A stretch of 64,000 nt of DNA, from positions 135,098,001 to 135,162,000 of the forward strand of contig OZ024741.1 of the NCBI GenBank assembly GCA_964016885.1. Reading direction: 5' to 3'. Shown here piece by piece: positions 60,457-64,000 of this stretch. Position 1 is the stretch's first letter. Each line of letters begins with the position of its first letter. Made by a program: the position numbers and the translations under genes. Source of the stretch: Eledone cirrhosa (Eukaryota). The notes beneath the pieces are model-generated. The model was not told the DNA's origin. It was given only the letters and a program-made list of their open reading frames with translations, and did not search any database.

Positions 60457-60906
60457 GTAAGACACCATTCATCTTTTTATTTTCTTAATTGAAGGTTTCT
60501 TAATGACGCAGCAACAGGTAGCTCCAAAGACTCACCTGTATTATGTGGTACTATCGTAACTCTGGTACTACGATACTATAGTACTATGGTACTACACATT
60601 TCTTTTAGTCTTTCAAAGATACTAAAAGCTTGGCATGTTAAGCAAGTCGGACTATTCATCAGTCAGTAGTTCAAAATATGTTGGTATAATTTCAAGTTCG
60701 AAGTAATTTGCGATACACACGCACACACATACACACACATACACACACGCACACACACACACACATACACATACACACACGGACACATACACACACAGAC
60801 ACATACACACACACACACACGGACACACGCGCGCGCGCACACACACACACATATATCTGCAAAGTTTGTCAGGGTCTCGAGAGCCAGGTGTTTCGTGCAT
60901 AATGAA

Positions 60907-60965
<59 letters not shown>

Positions 60966-61037
60966 GTATCTATATATATGTGTACATGTGTGTGTATATA
61001 CATACCTACATACACACACATACACACACACACACAC

Positions 61038-61069
<32 letters not shown>

Positions 61070-61609
61070 ATGTATATTGGTAAGTATATATATATATAAC
61101 ACAAGCATGCATACTTAGTTACACGTATACGCACACGCATGTATGTATACACACACATAAATATGATATATTATCATTTGCAATGAATAAAACTTACACA
61201 AGATAACGAATGGTTTGTATTTTTATATTATTTTAAAGCATAAAGTTGAATATTTTCCTTTGAATTATTTCAGAAACTATATTCTATGTGTTTAATTTGG
61301 GTGTTTACATCAATATATTATTGTAATAACCTAGAATTTAAATGTTACTTGAAATAACGTTTCTTTCATACCAAGTATAATGTTTACGTGAGCATAATAT
61401 AGCAATACTTAAGTTAAATAACTCTGCATTTCTGCCATAGCAACTGGAATGCAACGTTGATTATATTGAATATTTACAGTCTTATAGGTAACTATCGTAC
61501 ATCACATTAATCTAACGTCTCTATCTTTCCCTCTTTCTCTTTCTCCCCCACTCTCTCTCTCCACATACACACATTTATATATTTATATATATATATATAT
61601 ATATACACA

Positions 61610-61706
61610 CAGGGTGTCCCCCAAAATTGTACACACATTTTGATTACCTGTACAGGCAATATTTATTAGGTGCATGCATTTATGTAGCCAATTTTGGGAT
61701 ACCCTG
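61610..61706. mobile_element. Tc1/mariner-type MITE (~97 bp)
   Basis: TIR cagggtgtcccccaaaatt / aattttgggataccctg, inserted in a TA-rich tract. Confidence 0.75.
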
Positions 61707-61728
61707 TATATATATATATATGTATATA

Positions 61729-61786
<58 letters not shown>

Positions 61787-62439
61787 TGTATATAAAACAT
61801 GCCTTAATACATACGTTATTGAAGTCACAACCAGTTTCTTGTTTCAATTTCTTTATAAGAATCATATAACCTATTAAAGCCCATACACATAGTTCGGAAC
61901 AACAAAGTTCCGAAGTCCATAATTTTAGTCATCCGCACACACACACATATATATATGGACATGCATGCAAATACCCCCCCCCCCCCCACACACACAAATG
62001 TATGTACCTTGACATAGTAATAAAACACCCACAGTAATCGCTATACTGAATAAACATCTGATCACTTGTAAACATACACACACACACGAACAGATATATT
62101 CCTATAAAGATACCCGTATATCTGTGTAGGTGTGTGTGTCTCTGTGTGCTATATATATTAGAGCTGTTAGTATTACTGTCTAAAAGTGTAAGCTTTTGTG
62201 TGTATGCATTTATTTTATGGATGCATTTGTCAGTAGAAGTTTTTGGTGTGAATTCATATATACTTTCGCCATTATAAAGCAGAACTGAGTTACGTTTAGG
62301 AAGACTTATTTGAAGAATAAACGGTGTTTGAAACCTTGCTTTTTTGGCCAACAAACCAAACGGAATTTTTAACCGGTTGTACTTGACGCACGCAGTAAAC
62401 TCCCCATCAATCTGTTAATCTTTAATTCTTTCATTGGTT

Positions 62440-62750
62440 TCGGTCACTAGACTGTGGCCTTGCTGGGGCACCACATTAATGGGATTTTTGTCGATCATAT
62501 CGATCCCAGCACTTATTTTTTTAAAAGGCTAGTACATATTTTATCGATTTCGTTTTTGTCAAACCGCTATTTTACTTGCAATAAAGACACATACACATGT
62601 ATACGACAGGGCTCTGCTGTTTCCGTCTACAAAAAGGCATTAGTCACTATGAAGCTATAATAGAAGACACTTTCCCCCAAGTGTCATGTAGCACAACTGA
62701 ACCCAGAACAACGTGGCTGCCAAACCGACTCTTTAATCACACAGCCATGC
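62440..62750 (-). mobile_element. SINE family 3 composite
   Basis: Reverse complement gives ggctgtgtgattaaagag..gttctgggttcagt..aagtgtcttctattatagc..tagacggaaac. Confidence 0.65.
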
Positions 62751-63279
62751 ATAAGTAAAATTGACTTTAATAAAATAATTACTTAGATTCATAACTGATA
62801 AATGGTGACCGGAAAGAGGAGAAGGCATATTAAATTTTGTATTACCTGTCCGAAACAAATGTGAAGTTGCTTCCGGCAATAACAAGGTGTGAATGCAAGC
62901 ATTTATTTGTTGTTGTTATTGTTGTTGTTTCGGTGACGAATTTGAAGAATTTTTAGAACGTTTGATAGAATGTATCAAGGTATTGTTTCATGTTTCTGCA
63001 CTCTGAATTCAAATCCCATCGAGGTTAACCTTGCTTTTTATTCTTTCGATGTCGATAATGTACCAGTCCAATAATGGCGTTGGTTCTTTCTCTGTACTTT
63101 CCTACTTCCCCTTCCTCTCTATCTCTATTTGGAAGAAACCGGCTCTGCTCTGACTTGTGGTTAAGGAACCATGATATAGAATTGTTCTTGTTATTTAGAT
63201 CCAGGCAAGATGTCATTGAGCTGAGCGTTAATCAAATAGACTATCGACGTCATTTTGTCGTTATATGTGATTTGTACAA

Positions 63280-63595
63280 TATTTTACTGTTATTTCTAGT
63301 AGCTCAGCTAGCGAGTAGAGTCTGTCTCATTGGCTCCATATAACATTTGACTGTTATTTCTAGTAGATCAGCTACCGACTAGAGTTTATCTCACTGGCTC
63401 CACATAATATTTGACTGTTATTTCTAGTAGATCAGCTAGCGACTAAAGTTTCTCATTGGCCCGACATAATATTTGACTGTTATTTGTAGTAGATCAGCTA
63501 CCGACTAGAGTCTGTCTCACTGGCTCCATATAACATTTGACTGTTATTTCTAGTAGATCAGCTCCCGAGTAGAGTCTGTATCTCTGGCTCCATAA
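63280..63595. repeat. ~64-bp tandem repeat, 5 diverged units
   Basis: The motif ctgttattt(c/g)tagtag(a/c)tcagct recurs at 63287, 63351, 63415, 63477 and 63541. Confidence 0.92.
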
Positions 63596-63945
63596 AACAG
63601 GTAGCAGTAAATATGAGCTTTGAGAGCTAGCAGTAAATAAACAAGAAGATAATATATATATTTATTTATTTATATAATCAGTTTAAACGTCCATATAGAG
63701 CTAGTAAGGTATGAGAGACTAGTGGAAGTACTTAGTATTTCTTACGGTTGAGAAACAAAAACAAGATTGACAGATAAGAGACAATTCAAAAAGAAATTGA
63801 AAAAAAAAAATTAAATAGTGAATACCATAAAATATGAAGAAAGGTGAAGAAAAATGGAAAGCAAGGGAAACTGTAATAAGTTCTATTTTCCAACTATCAA
63901 TGTGAATGTATCCGGTATGGTATCTTTTGCTTTCTATATCAACAG

Positions 63946-64000
63946 GTGGGAACTAGCGAACGACCGGCAGTTGAAGATTATAATCACTATAGTAGTTATA
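63946..64000 (+). other. Putative exon start (runs off the window)
   Basis: Acceptor tcttttgctttctatatcaacag|G. Phase-0 frame is open (VGTSERPAVEDYNHYSSY). Confidence 0.45.

Overview
AT-rich, microsatellite-saturated metazoan DNA. The SINE families and the (TA)n/(CA)n/(TATG)n density suggest a cephalopod such as Octopus (inference). There is no intact host CDS, and almost all listed ORFs are microsatellite artefacts or transposon remnants. Contents: (i) two near-full-length Tx1-clade LINEs plus a tiny third 3' end, stacked head-to-tail in a (TATC)n run (28.1-39.5 kb); (ii) five Penelope-like element (PLE, RT/GIY-YIG) remnants and several non-coding pLTR-like units, mostly sitting in (TA)n tracts; (iii) at least 8 type-I hammerhead-ribozyme motifs with palindromic stem III, seven of which have an unusually long stem II and four of which share a conserved internal module; (iv) two R4/Dong-type RLE retroelement 3' ends in (CATA)n, next to a bipartite RTE element that ends in (TGTA)n; (v) RTE remnants, two mariner relics, a hAT MITE, a Tc1 MITE, an internally deleted Helitron, a 15 x 58-bp minisatellite grown inside an inverted-repeat element, and many tRNA-type SINEs; (vi) probable alternative/duplicated 5' exons of a + strand gene that continues past the right edge. 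All RNA folds and alignments were done by eye, and many element boundaries are approximate.
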